This document shows, one piece after another, positions 48,812 to 63,169 of a stretch of 64,000 bases of DNA. A program made the position numbers and the translations under genes. The notes below the pieces were generated by a model. That model was not told where the DNA came from, did no database searches, and saw only the letters and a program-made list of their open reading frames with translations. The stretch lies in the NCBI GenBank assembly GCA_951406725.2, contig OX597833.1, positions 62,868,001 to 62,932,000 on the forward strand, read 5' to 3'. How positions within the stretch are numbered: the stretch's first letter is position 1; each line of letters starts with the position of its first letter. The DNA is from Octopus vulgaris. Taxonomy: Eukaryota.

Positions 48812-49008
48812 ATACATGTATAGATAGACAGATAGATACACAGATAGATAGACAGGCAGACAGACAGATAGATTAATAGACAGAGAGATAGATACATAGA
48901 TAGATAGATGGATACATAGATAGAGAGATAGGCAGAGAGATAGATAGACTGACAGAAACAGATAGATAGATGGATGGATACAGAGATAGATAGATACATA
49001 AACAGAGT

Positions 49009-49073
<65 letters not shown>

Positions 49074-49438
49074 TGGATAGATAGATAGAAGTGGTAGTAC
49101 TTAATTGAATCAGAAATGATATTGCAATTTGAGAAGGTTCCACTTTCTCTCTTTCTGACTGGATGTAGTAAAGTGTAACCGGATGAGGATGTCGACTTGC
49201 CGGGAGCACACCATCTCGCTTCACTGCAACAAATGTCGCAAGATATTACAACCTTCACACCGATCCCACCATGCCCGCCCCCGCACAAAGACAAAACAAA
49301 GAAAACACATTGAGGTTCAATCACAAGCAGTGTAGCCGTAAGATGCTCTACCGCTTCCTGCTCATCATTTAATAGACCGCTTTATAACTGCCATCAGGTG
49401 AAACGAAGAATCTCTTTCCACCTATCTCTCTCTCTTTG

Positions 49439-49504
<66 letters not shown>

Positions 49505-49545
49505 GTACGAATATATTTATATAAAAGAATATATATATATACGTA

Positions 49546-49606
<61 letters not shown>

Positions 49607-49818
49607 GCGTATAGATGTGTATATATAGTTACATATATTACATATACATATATCTACAAATATATATATATATATAAATATATATACACACACTCACACG
49701 TACACACACACACACACATATATATATATATGTGTGTGTGTATGTATATATATATATATGCGTGTGTGTGTGTGTATGTATGTATATATATATATATATA
49801 TTTATATATATGTATGTA

Positions 49819-49907
<89 letters not shown>

Positions 49908-50110
49908 AAGTAAGAAAGATGGGCGACAATATTTTAGAGAATAGAATAGAATAGAATACAACAAAGAAACGAACGAAAATAAAAAACAACAACAACAGAA
50001 ACTGCAAAGAGCAATTACAAGAAACGCATTGAAATTAACCGAAAGAAAATTTTCTTTTGAAATAAATATTGTTTCTTCTTTCTGTTTTTTTTTTGACGTT
50101 GTTCTGTTTC

Positions 50111-50151
<41 letters not shown>

Positions 50152-50680
50152 ATTTTACATTTTCTCCTGGCAAAAACAAATGTCGCCATTCTGTCTAAGA
50201 GACATACGTTCAATTCCTATATACATAAATTCATATACATTACTTCTTCAGTTTTTTTTTTTTTTTAGCTTACTTTCTTGGGCAGACATTATAACGTTCG
50301 GCGAATATAAACAGAAAAGAAAAGAAAAAAACTAAACTAAAAAAGACCAAAGAAGAATCAAAAACCAAAAGCAAAAAAACCAAAAACCAAAACAAAACGA
50401 AATAAACACGAAAATACAAAAAAAAAACAAACAAAAACAAGAAAAACAAAAGAGAGAGAAAAACCAAAAGAAAAAGCAAGAGACAAGATTATAATGTTTC
50501 TATTATCATGAAAGAAAGAAAAAGAAAGAAAAAAGAAGTAAAAATAAGATGGAACAAACGGACGAATGAATGTTGTAAAAGAGAGAATGATCGATAATCT
50601 ACCCAAATTTGCTGTTTCGCAAATTCGCCATTTTGTTTCAGAAGTCGTTATCTTGCTTATATATATATACGTATATATAT

Positions 50681-50794
<114 letters not shown>

Positions 50795-51089
50795 GCGTAT
50801 AGATGCGCATGGACAGAACAGAGCGTTTCAATTCGCCTAAGTGAGGTTGTTATCCACTGAGACCATACCATAACTGACAGCTCGCCTCCACCCCCCACCC
50901 CACATCAACATACTTATGTATATATAAATACACACATGCATATCTACGCATAGATACATGTACATACTTATACACACACGCACAAATTTATATAGATATA
51001 TCTGTACAAATACATACATGCACATACATATACATATACACGCATGCGCACATATATTTTCCTTTTTCCTTATGATTCGAAATGAAACG

Positions 51090-51260
51090 GAATTCTAGTC
51101 ACGTGACAACTATCACTCGGTTAGGCTCCTCTTTTATCTTCCTTTGTTATTGTTGTGATTCTTCTGTCTCTGATATGATTGGCCAAGAACGAGTTGGTAG
51201 TTTTCTATTGTATCGGCCATGCTGCTGAAAGGAAACAAGTGAAACATGGCTGACGATTTG
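51090..51260. promoter_or_regulatory. candidate promoter-like island
   Basis: GTCACGTGAC (51098-51107), ATTGG (51178-51182) and AACATGGCT (51243-51251) in unique sequence; motif evidence only. Confidence 0.3.
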
Positions 51261-51616
51261 AATAAGCAACAACAACAACAACAACAAAAGCCAGTAACAA
51301 TAACAACAACAACTGACTCACTTCATGGTTACTGAACTTGCAAGAAATAGCAATGAAATGTATATCAAACGACCTCTTTTTTGTCTTAAAAAGTGCGCAC
51401 TGGATAATGTACCACGAGGTAGATAATGCCTAAGAAAAAAAAAGGAAAGAAAAAGGAAATTGTAAAAGATGGTCAAGGATTGAATGCCTTTGATCGAAGA
51501 ACTGATGAAATCAGAGCTTGCCTTGTATTAAACAACAACAACAATAAAAACAAAAGAAGCTGCAACATCGTGTGAAGCTGCCATTCCGAAACCATCACAA
51601 GTACTCCAACAATAAA

Positions 51617-51905
51617 CAATGTACTATGTCGGCAGGTCGACATTATCTCTGTCTTTCGTTGCTGTGGAGTAGTTTATGATGCGATATTTCTCATTTAAAC
51701 CTAAATTCCATCGTTGTGATTTTCTTTACAAGGGTTGGCTCTGTCAAAAAGATTACATAGTAATTCACAATGTGCTGTGTCGGCAACTCAGCATTATCTC
51801 CGTCTTTCTTTGTTGTGGAGCTGTTTAGAATGTGATACTTCTCACTAAAACGTAAATATCCCCATTTTTATATTGAGCGGTTCTGTAAAAAACATTATGT
51901 AATAT
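51617..51905. repeat. old tandem duplication of about 150 bp
   Basis: ACAATGTACTATGTCGGCA...CATTATCTCTGTCTTTC versus ACAATGTGCTGTGTCGGCA...CATTATCTCCGTCTTTC. Confidence 0.8.
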
Positions 51906-52146
51906 TGATAAACACATCCTTATCTTTTGTTTATTAAATAACGTATTGTATACTCCAGGGAGAGTCGTCCTGCCCGATCCTCCTTTCCCAAAAGATTCCT
52001 TCCCGAGTTATATGCTCATAAGGCCAGTTTCCTGGATCCTGTGGCGTACATATATTCACTTCCCTGGATTAGATGCCGGTTCGCTTCAGGTTTCGAATAC
52101 TTCACTTCTATTTAATTAATATTTTCAGAATTTTCTAAATAGGATA

Positions 52147-52866
52147 AAGAGGCGAGTTGGGAGAACCGTTAACACACTAGGCTAAATGTTTAGCGGTATT
52201 TCGTCTGTATTTACGTTCTGAGTTCAAATTCCTCCGAAGTAAGCCTTTGCTTTTGATCGTTTAAGGGTTGATAAAATAAGTACCAGTTGAGAACTACGGT
52301 TGATAAAATCGACTTATCTCCCCCACCCTGAAATTGCTGGCCTTGTGCCAAAATTTGAAACCAATATTTTCTAAACAGGATTAAAGCAGCGAACTGGAAG
52401 AGTCGTTAACACGCCGGGCAAAATGCTTAACCGCATATCATCTGTGTTCAAATAGCTCTGAGTTCAAATTTCGCCGCATCATCATCATCATCATTGTTCG
52501 ACCGTGGTCGAGACAATGGAATTTACCATGCTACGCCAGACTTCACGGTCCATCATAGCATTACGGAGGTCCTGTTGCTGGATGCCTGTATCCCTGGAGA
52601 TTACATCAGGGCAGGAGAGTGTGCGCCCTCTGGTATTGCGAGTAGATGGCTTCCAGAGGAGAAGAGTAGAAATTACCTTTTTTTCAGCTCTACAACAATG
52701 TCCAGCAAACTGGACTCTCCTACCTTTCGCCGCGGTCGACTTTGCTTTTCACTCTTTCAGGCTTGATAATATAAGTACCACTTGAGATCACTGTAGTCGT
52801 CTACCTGTAATCGACTTACCCTCAATTCTAATATTGCTGGCCTTGTGCCGACATTTGAAACCAATA
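52147..52866 (+). mobile_element. two family B SINEs (52147-52366, 52385-52866), the second split by an RTE insertion
   Basis: heads, cores and GGCCTTGTGCC..ATTTGAAACCAATATT tails. Confidence 0.8.
52478..52724 (-). mobile_element. RTE-like LINE 3' fragment with (TGA)n tail
   Basis: RRVQFAGHCCRAEK...LLLWKP...RGR...DTG...LRNAMMDREVWR; 9-bp TSD TTTCGCCGC at 52469-52477 and 52725-52733. Confidence 0.88.
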
Positions 52867-53169
52867 TTTTTAAATAGGATATGCATACCTGCCGTAATTG
52901 TCAATGTTACCGACACACTTCAATAAATAATATGACAGACAACTGATTCACATAAAGGTGCAAAGATGACATGTAGGCAATGACTGCTTGAGTGCTACTA
53001 ACGCGAGAAGGCTTGTCTATAAGTATATTTGTATACTCCTTGTTATAGCGTTAGGGTTTTGTTTTAGTTAGTCTCACAGAAAATTGGACCCACGACAGCT
53101 TTTAGCATGCGAAGAGAATCCATCCGACCATTTTTGCGTAATTGTGCTCTTCTTCTTCTTCTTCTTCTT

Positions 53170-53211
<42 letters not shown>

Positions 53212-53993
53212 TTCTTCTTCTTCTTCTTCTTCTCTTCCTCCTCCTCCTCCTCCCTCTTTCTCTTCCTCTTCTCCGCCTCCTTCTTTCTCTTCTTCTTCTT
53301 CTTTCTCTTCTTTTTCTCCTCTCCTCCTCTTCCTTCTACTTCTTTTTCTTTTTCTTCTCCTCTTCCTCCTTCTCCTCCTTCCTCTCCTTCCTCCCCTCCC
53401 CTCCTCCTCCTTCCTCCCCTCCCTCCTCCCCCTTCTTCCAAACATACCGAGACGAGGCACCAGAAAGGTTACTTATCAAAACCTACGTACTGGCTACTTA
53501 CTCATTTACATAACGGCGATAATCGCCACAGCACAGATTATGCAATAATCTTCATCACAGATTATGAACATTATTATTATTATCTTCTCCGTCGAGGTCG
53601 CGTTTTGCCTCTCACCACTTCGGGATCGATAAAGCAAGCAACGAATTGAGCAAAGCACTGCGGTCATTGCAATCGATTTGACCCTCGCCTGAAACGGCTG
53701 GCCTTGTGCCAAATTTTGAAACCGTTATAAACATCTTGCAGTTTGCAGCTACATATATCAACATCCTGGTTTCAAATCACGCTAGAATCAACTTTTCTCT
53801 TTTACTTCTTTTTGTTCTTTGGATTGGATTTCTTTGGAGAAGAAGTTAGAATCGTCAAAGACCAACGCGATCATCTCGAGACGATTCGAAATGATGTGAC
53901 CTTTTCTTTTGCAGGAATTGATCTTTTCCTTCGTTAGAAGAAGCTATAAATGTCATTGATTGATGTTGCTGTTGCTGTTGTTGTTGCTTTTGC

Positions 53994-54032
<39 letters not shown>

Positions 54033-54089
54033 GTCAGGTGACTATGGCCATCGAGCAGAAAGCTGATTAACGACAAAAATGAATCAGCC

Positions 54090-56330
54090 ACCACTCACAT
54101 TCCCATACACACATACACACACACACTAACATACACACACACACACACATACACACACGTACACACACGTACAAACACACACGCATATACACACATGCAC
54201 ACGCGCAATCTCATACACAAATACATACATTCACATATATAATCAGCCAACACTCACATTCACATACACACACACACAAACACATACGCACCCATATACA
54301 CACACGTACACACACATACAAACACACACACAATTTCGCATATACACACATGCACACACTTACACAAGCTCATATACAATTATACTCGCATACATACATA
54401 CACATATATAATCACATATATATACACATACATTCACATATATAATCACACACAGACACACAGACATTCACACACGTACACACGCGACACACACTTATAC
54501 AAACACGTGCGCATACTTGCACACACACTAACAGACACGTACACTGATACACACACGTATCCATACTTATACACACACGCACACATTAACACACATATGT
54601 ACGAAAATACACATACACACATGCACACATACACACACATACGAACAGATAGTCTTGCCCATATTCACACATACACTCGCCCTCACACACACTCGCCCTC
54701 ACACACACTCACACATATACCTACACATACACACAAACGCACACACATTCGCAAACCTACACACATTCAAACCCACACGTCTGTGGATGTTTGTATATCC
54801 TTTTGCCGGTCTTTTGCACAATCATTGGAATTTGGCCATACTGGAGCCACTCCGACCATTCCACAGACGCTTGTAACAATTCTCGGAGGAGTATCAGCAT
54901 GACACCATCTGCGGAAAGGCTATACGGTTTGAATTACGGGTACTATCTACCCGTGAGGATTCTGTACATTTTCCTTCTACCCAATTTCACTCACAACGCT
55001 TGGATTGATGACACAGTGTCATGGTAAATGACATTTGTTAATGAGGCCGCGCAGTGGAATCGAACGCCGGGCCCTCGCGATTGCAAAGCTAGCGTCTTAA
55101 CCATTCGGCTATGCTTCAGTCAAGCCCTCTCTCCTACATTCAGGAAATGAGAAATAATTTACAATCGCAATAAATTTGGCGAGCAAAATGAATGACAGCA
55201 AAAAAAAAAAATAATAATAAATAAAATAAAATAAAGGGTTTCTTTGTCACAAGACAAACATGACAGAACAAAATATTGACATAATTTGATAAAAGATATA
55301 AGGATTAAATCAGAGATAATGGCAGCAAGAACAGAAACACACCCACACCCACACAAACACACATGCACATGCACGCACATATACACACACTCACACACAC
55401 ATCGCGCAAACACACACGCACGCACGTACACATACGCATGCACACAAAGAAGGATACACATACTGACATGTGCACACGTACACACACACAATAAGCACAA
55501 GTATACACACGCACTCACACACATCGCGCATGCACACACGCATATATACATACGCATGCACACAAAGAAGGATACACATACTGACATGTGCGCACGTACA
55601 CACACACAATAAGCACAAGTATACACACGCACACACACACACGTACGCAAACATATTAACACTCATACTTACACGTACGTACACCAACACACGCACAAAC
55701 ACGCTCATACACATACACATATATACACTAACACACGCTCATGCACACACACATACATAGATATACATGTATATGCAGACATACATGCTCTTACAAACAT
55801 GTATACACACATATACACTGACACACGTTCGTATGCACACATATACACATATATACACAGATAAACACACACATACATACATACACGAACGCAAACATAT
55901 ACAGACAATTACATTGAGATACGTGCACGTATGTGCAAATAAATATATAGATACACGCATACACACGACCTCACACATGCACTGTCGCACGCACATGTAC
56001 ATACAAACACACACAGACATACGCACACATGCACACAAATGCATATACACACACGCACATATGCTCACACACACTGATACAGAAATATATACCACGTACA
56101 GATACATACACAAATACGTTCATACGTACACATAAACAGATACACACACACATGCACACTCACACACACACACACGCGCATATATATACACAGACATACA
56201 CACATACACGCACAGACACACGGTCTCATTCATACGTGTACACGCACAGGTATACTTACACATACACACTCATACATATGAACACATTTAAATAAACACA
56301 CACGCGCGCGCGCACACACACACACACACA
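54090..56330. repeat. degenerate (CA)n field with a 122-bp duplication (about 55434 vs 55556) and an old family A SINE (54790-55115, -)
   Basis: direct inspection. Confidence 0.8.
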
Positions 56331-56624
56331 CTGTTACATAGAAGTTCCTTCGAGTGAAAGTGCTGCCAAATTAGAAATTTCTTGCTGTTAGTCCTGAGAA
56401 GTTAGCAACATTGAAAAATGTGTCACTCCAAATGAGATCACTTTGGCAAACCTGCGTTACCAAGCAACGTGCTTATCTTCCTGACGACATCATTAACAAG
56501 CCACACAGAAGAAAACAATTAAGCCAATAAAACAAAATGGAATAAAATGAAAATCAATATCTGTGTTGCTAGGAAACGGAAGCTTGAATAAAAAAAAACA
56601 ACAACAATGAACTGAAATTTACTA

Positions 56625-56790
56625 TGTCTGTGTGGGTAGGAAGCCTGGTTTGCAACCATGTGGTTTCCAACCATGTGGTTTCCAACCATGTGGTTTCCAA
56701 CCATGTGGTTTCCAGTACAACGTTATTTACGACCAATGCCTTATGCATGAATTTGGTAGATGGAAACTGTGTGAATCTCCGTCATTTATA
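56625..56790 (+). mobile_element. degenerate family A SINE head with four 15-bp CAACCATGTGGTTTC repeats
   Basis: CTGTGTGGGTAGGAAG...GAATTTGGTAGATGGAAACTG. Confidence 0.65.
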
Positions 56791-57049
56791 CACACAACAC
56801 ACGCACGCACACACATACACACTCACACGCACGCATGCACGCACACACACACACATATATATAAACCTGCTTTACCTTGCCGCGTGTCTTAATGACCGAA
56901 AAATAGTAGTCGCTCTCATTTTAATACTATCCATCTATCTATCTATCTATCTGGGAAAATTTAAAACAGAGAGTTACTTACTTGCCAATAAATGTGTTAA
57001 CATGTGACATTAATGACCGAGATTACCGTGGTCTTTTCCGTAGGCTTTT

Positions 57050-57302
57050 CTTTCTATGGATAAACCTTATCTGCTTCCCTCTTTACACCTTACATCATGA
57101 CATTTCTGTGATTCACGATCCCTATTGATCGTTTTTTCTTCTTTCTTTTCTTTTTTCTTCTCTTTTTCTTTTTCATGTTTTCCTTTTCTGCGATCCCTTT
57201 TGATCGAAAACCTACCCCAATTTTTTTCTCCCCCCAAAAGAAAAGCTCTACTCTGTAATTTGTCCCGTCTGTGTCCAGCCCTGTGTGGCTAATAAAGAAA
57301 CA
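57050..57302 (+). mobile_element. family F LINE-like 3' end followed by (TATC)n
   Basis: TTGTCCCGTCTGTGTCCAGCCCTGTGTGGCTAATAAAGAAAC. Confidence 0.75.
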
Positions 57303-57438
<136 letters not shown>

Positions 57439-57686
57439 CATCCATCTATCTATCTATCTATATGAGAATTTGTCTTGAGGGTTTGAAAATGCACCTGAAA
57501 CTTATTTGTTTGTTGAGCGTTCGATAAACAAATTACGTCACTAGGAAGCCAACCAACCATAACGTTAGACTTTGGCAAACCAAAAATATTTTGACCAAAA
57601 TATCCGCGAGAGGAAGAAAAAAGACCTCATTAAAATTACAGTCAATCAAAACTTGATCCTTTACCGTAAAAACATATATATACATA

Positions 57687-57787
<101 letters not shown>

Positions 57788-58067
57788 GTATGTATGTGTA
57801 TGTATGTATTATATAAATAAGGAAAAGATCGTTAATTTAAATATTGATCTTATCAAGTGACTAGCATGGAAATAAAAACCTTCAAAGGTAATAATTGTTA
57901 TTAAAATTATAATTCAGGGTATCTAAGAGATACCTCCACGCTGGAAATAGCAGACAAAACCTGACTCTAAAACCACATTAAATGTTCATACAGCACCAGG
58001 AGAGAAGACAAAAAGGACAAAATAAACTGGCAAAAAATTACTGGATAATTCCATATTCAGATTATTT

Positions 58068-58488
58068 TACTCTCTTTTACTCTTTTACTCTTTTACTTGT
58101 TTCAGTCATTTGACTGCGGCCATGCTGAAGCACCGCCTTCAATCGAGCAAATCGACCCCGGGACTTATTCTTTGTAAGCCCAGTACTTATTCTATCGGTC
58201 TCTTTTGCCGAACCGCTAAGTGACGGGGAGGCAAACACACCAGCATCGGTTGTCAAGCAATGCTAGGGGGACAGACACAGACACACAAACACACACACAT
58301 ACACATATATATATAAATATACATATATACGACAGGCTTCTTTCAGTTTCCGTCTACCAAATCCACTCACAAGGCATTGGTCGGCCCGGGGCTATAGCAG
58401 AAGACACTTGCCCAAGATGCCACGCAGTAGGACTGAACCCGGAACCATGTGGTTGGTTAGCAAGCTACTTACCACACAGCCACTCCTG
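58068..58488 (-). mobile_element. full-length young family A SINE with (GAGTAAAA)n tail
   Basis: A box TGGCTGTGTGG, B box GGTTCAGTCC, CORE-like ATCTTGGGCAAGTG. Confidence 0.93.
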
Positions 58489-58822
58489 CTTGAATATATA
58501 TGTTTATATATGTATATGTATAAGATTTGAACTTGTAACATTTCGAATTCAAACGAGCTTAAGAAGGTAAAGAGTCCCTTGCACGTCGACTGAAATTGAG
58601 CAAAGAACGATGATGTGAACCACGACAGAGATTGGGGGAAAAAAAAATTTTTTTTCTTACTCCATCTTTTTCTCTTTCTTGCCTCCCCACCACCGTTTTT
58701 GAATTTCTTTTTATGAAGAACTCAGTATGACTGAACTTTCAATAATGTACATTCTTTATGCTGTTCGTCCAACATTTACACATATATTGCATGAACTGTT
58801 CTCTCACTCAATAAAAAAAAAA

Positions 58823-58886
<64 letters not shown>

Positions 58887-58889
<3 letters not shown>

Positions 58890-59512
58890 TGCCCTGATGC
58901 AGTACTTGCCCTGATGCAGTAATTGCCCTGATGCAGTAATTGCCCTGATGCAGTAATTGCCCTGATGCAGTACCAGGCAGTGGCTCTCATGGCTTCTGAT
59001 CTTAACTGATTGGAAGTGTTATCATGTACAGTGTTTTGTCTTGGTATAAAAGATGGGCTACAGCAAATATTCTGCTCAATACCACAGACTGGCTTGTCAG
59101 TTGTTTGACCGTAACCAGTTACCATGTCCCTTAGTGGCTGACGATATGTGCATCTCTGATCACGAGCAGAAGTAGTGGGGGAGCATCATAGCCATGTGTT
59201 GAGAGGGATTCTTTGGGGTTTGAATAGTTCACCTCTGGAAACATGGGTGGTTCTTTCAACATCCTTAAACAACCCTTATTCAGGGACCGTTTGAGCGGGA
59301 TGGGCTACTCGACCTGAAGAAAATTCTAACTGGGCCCCACCTGCAAGGTCATGTGCTGTTTATCTTGATATGAGATCACCATGTCGCGCACATATGGTTG
59401 TGATGCATGTGCCTGGTGTACCTTTATCAGACGGGTAGTCATGATGGGTATATTGGGCTTCGTATATTTTACCCCAGTGTCACTTTGATGGCATGAACTG
59501 CTCTCTCACTCA
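58887..59512 (+). mobile_element. family E element, apparently full length, between (AAT)n arrays
   Basis: five 17-bp AATTGCCCTGATGCAGT repeats at the 5' end; 3' CTCTCTCACTC-AATAAT; another 3' remnant at about 58788-58812. Confidence 0.85.
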
Positions 59513-59682
59513 ATAATAATAATAACAATAATAATAATAAAAAAGAAGAAAAAAAATAATAATAGCAATAACAATAATAATAATAATAACAACAACAACA
59601 ATACTATTACTACTACTACTACTTCCACCACAACCACCAAAACCACCACCACCACCACCACCACAAGTAATACTACTACTAC

Positions 59683-59720
<38 letters not shown>

Positions 59721-59737
59721 TTTATTATCATCATTAT

Positions 59738-60247
59738 TATTGAGTGGAAAAGCAGCACACGCCATCAAAGTGACGCTGGGGTACAAATATATGAAACCCG
59801 TCTGATAAGGGCACACCAGGCACATGCTTCACAGCTATATGTGTGCGACATGGTGACCTCATATCAAGATAAACAGCACATGACCTTGTAGGTGGGGCCT
59901 AATTTGAAATTTTCTTCGGATCGCGTTGCCCATTCCGTTCAAAAAGGTCCCTGAAAAGGGGTTGTTTAATGATGATGAACAAAACACGCTTCCAAGGATG
60001 AATTTTTCTACCCGCCTCAAGAATCCCTTTCAACACATGGCCAATGCTCCCCAACTACTTCTGCTCTTGATCAGAGATGCGCAGATCGTCAGCCACTAAG
60101 GGACATGCTCAACAGGGTAAACTCAAGCAATTGACAAGCAGACCTGCTGTATTGAGCAGAATATTTACTGTGGCCTAACTTTTTATAACAAGACAAAATT
60201 TGTACATGATAACACTTCCATTCAGAAGACATGAAAACCACAGCCTA
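59738..60247 (-). mobile_element. diverged family E element, inverted relative to 58887-59512
   Basis: GCCATCAAAGTGAC...CAGCCACTAAGGGACATG...GTACATGATAACACTTCCA. Confidence 0.85.
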
Positions 60248-60263
60248 AGCAGCAGCAGCTGTA

Positions 60264-60673
60264 AGGAGGCGCAATGGCCCAGTGGTTAGGGCAGCGGACT
60301 TGCGGTCGGAGGATCGCGGTTTCGATTCCCAGACATGGCGTTGTGTGTGTTTATTTAGCGAAAACACCTAAAGCTCCACTAGGCTCCGGCAGCGAGTGGT
60401 GGCGGCGACCCCTGTTGTACTCTTTCGCTCCAACTTTCTCTCACTCTTTCCTCTTGTTTCTTGTCCCCCGACTTCCTACGCAACCGCTGAGCCTGGATGC
60501 GCATTCATCCATCCGTCGATGCTCTCGGTGTCGGGGGTTGACCTGCTTTCTCTTCTGCGGGTCTCACGAATAGCAAAGGACCATGTTTCGGACTTCTCCC
60601 ACTAGAGAGGCGCGATCTTGCGAGCTCTGGGACGAAGACCGCTGCGCTCAACAGCAACAGCAACAGCAGCAGT
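60264..60673 (+). mobile_element. family C SINE, body type 2, with (CAACAG)n tail
   Basis: 16-bp TSD AGCAGCAGCAGCTGTA at 60248-60263 and 60674-60689. Confidence 0.9.
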
Positions 60674-60769
60674 AGCAGCAGCAGCTGTAGTATTAGTAGT
60701 AGTACTAGTAGTAATAGTAGTAGTAGTGTTGTCGATTGAGCATCATGAAGGTAAACAGTGGAACTGGTA

Positions 60770-61156
60770 TGGAAGCACTCCGTCGGTTGCGACGACGAGG
60801 GTTCCGGTTGATCCGAATCAACGGAACAGTCTGCTCGTGAAATTAACGTGTAAGTGGCTGAGCACTCCACAGACACGTGTACCCTTAACGTAGTTCTCGG
60901 GGATATTCAGCGTGACACAGAGAGGGACAAGGCCGGCCCTTTGAAATACAGGCACAACAGAAACAAGAAGTAAGAGTGAGAGAAAGTTGTGATGAAAAAG
61001 TACAGCAGGCAGGGATCACCACCATCCCCTGCCGGAGCCTCGTGGAGCTTTAGGTGTTTTCGCTCAATAAACACTCACAACGTCCGGTCTGGGAATCGAA
61101 ACCACGATCCTATGACCGCGAGTCCGCTGCTCTAACTACTGGGCCATTGCGCCTCC
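60770..61156 (-). mobile_element. family C SINE, body type 1
   Basis: reverse complement of 18487-18871; 15-bp TSD ACAGTGGAACTGGTA at 60755-60769 and 61157-61171. Confidence 0.93.
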
Positions 61157-61590
61157 ACAGTGGAACTGGTAGCGTATCGGTCAAAATGAATTGGCGGTTT
61201 CATTGCCGCCCTTTGTGAGTTCACAAAAGTAGATAGATTAACAGATAATCATAGAGACGCGTGGATTAATTGATGCGTGTACAAAAGTAGGTATGTAGAT
61301 AACTGGGTGGGTGGGTTGGCGGATAAGGTAAGGAAGGTAAGTTGGAAGGAGGTGAGGTTGAAACAAAAGAGTTTGGATCAGATGAAGATATTAAAACATT
61401 AGTTCGTTGGTCCGCCATCTTTTGATCTCGGTTTATCGTCATAAACGTTAGGTTTATGGGACCTGATTGATCTGATTGATGACTGATCGAAAAACGTTTA
61501 GGATAAAATGTAATACACACATGCACACATACATAAGTATATACATAATCTTGTACATATATGTATATATATGTATATATGTATATATGC

Positions 61591-61623
<33 letters not shown>

Positions 61624-61804
61624 TGTATGTATGTATGTGTATGTATGTATGTATGTATGTATGTATGTATGTATGTATGTATGTATGTATGTATGTATGT
61701 ATGTAGATTTATAGATACACTCACAGACCCACACGCACTCTCACATACGTATATAGCATTTATATGTTTATATAACCTCAGACATATATGTATTTATACA
61801 TTTT

Positions 61805-61843
<39 letters not shown>

Positions 61844-62257
61844 CGCGCTCTCTCACTCACTCGCTCACTCACTCAATCTCTCCCTCCCCCCTCTCTCTCT
61901 ATATATATATACATACACATGCATACATACATACATACATACATACATACATACAATGTTATACGTAGGTCTATATTTGACTTTCTTATCCATAAATTCC
62001 CAACGCCCAAATTGCAGACAGACACTCTATGCTCTCAAGATATATACACACTCTTGATGATTCGTTTTACAAACAATTGTACAATTGTACGCAACATTGT
62101 TTTCATTCAAACAAATTCTTAAGGAAATATGCATTCGCATACGCTATACACACATTGCTGAATAGAGTGCGCCATGTATATATATAAGCACAGACGTAAA
62201 TTGAAAATACATATTCATACATTGAAAACCAAGTTCGTGTCAGAATGCTTATCTGTG

Positions 62258-62328
<71 letters not shown>

Positions 62329-63169
62329 CACACACAAATAAATACATACATATATATACACATATATATATATATATGTATGTAAGCATCGATATGTATA
62401 TATGCTTACATATCCATACATATATGTATACATATCTAGTCATATATACATACACAAGCACACAAGCATACTTACGGATTTATATCTGTATCTATCTATC
62501 AATTAATATACACACATTTGTGTGTATGTGTGTGTGTGTATAGATATATACATATAAATACATATACATATATACATACAAATATATTATCTATGTATCT
62601 CGTACATAGACATATTTGTATAAATATATATATATATATATACACACAGGTGTCTCTATGAATCTGTGTGTGTGTGTGTATATATATATGTGTAGACACT
62701 ATACACACACAGAGGGTGGGGGGTTGCAGAATTGCCGTAAATCGCCAACCGCCATCAATAATTCTGCGTTGTCTTCATTATCGCCGCATAATTTGAAAAT
62801 CTCTTTCCAAACATGAAACAGTGGAATGCAATAAATAATATAACACAATCTAACGTAGGATATCATGTAATATAACATAAGACGATATCACACGATATAA
62901 TGCCTGTATGATTGCTAGGGGAACGGATTAAACAAGTCACGTGGGAGCAGACAATAATATTACCTTCATGAAGCGAATGCAGCTGTTTAGCGTAACATTT
63001 CCATTGTTCTTCTTATTATTGCTAACGTCGTCGTCCATATTGGTATTTCTGTTGCTATCGTTGTTGCTCTTGTTGTTAGCATCAATGTCCATCTGGTGTT
63101 GTTGTTGTTGTTGTTATTGCTATTGCTAACATCGAGGTGTCGAGCTGGCAGAAACGGAAGAGCCGAAGT

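Noticed and set aside
49184-49336. 50-aa ORF with CxxH..CxxC resembling a B-box
   Set aside because: Wrong ligand spacing, remaining ligands absent, no splice support
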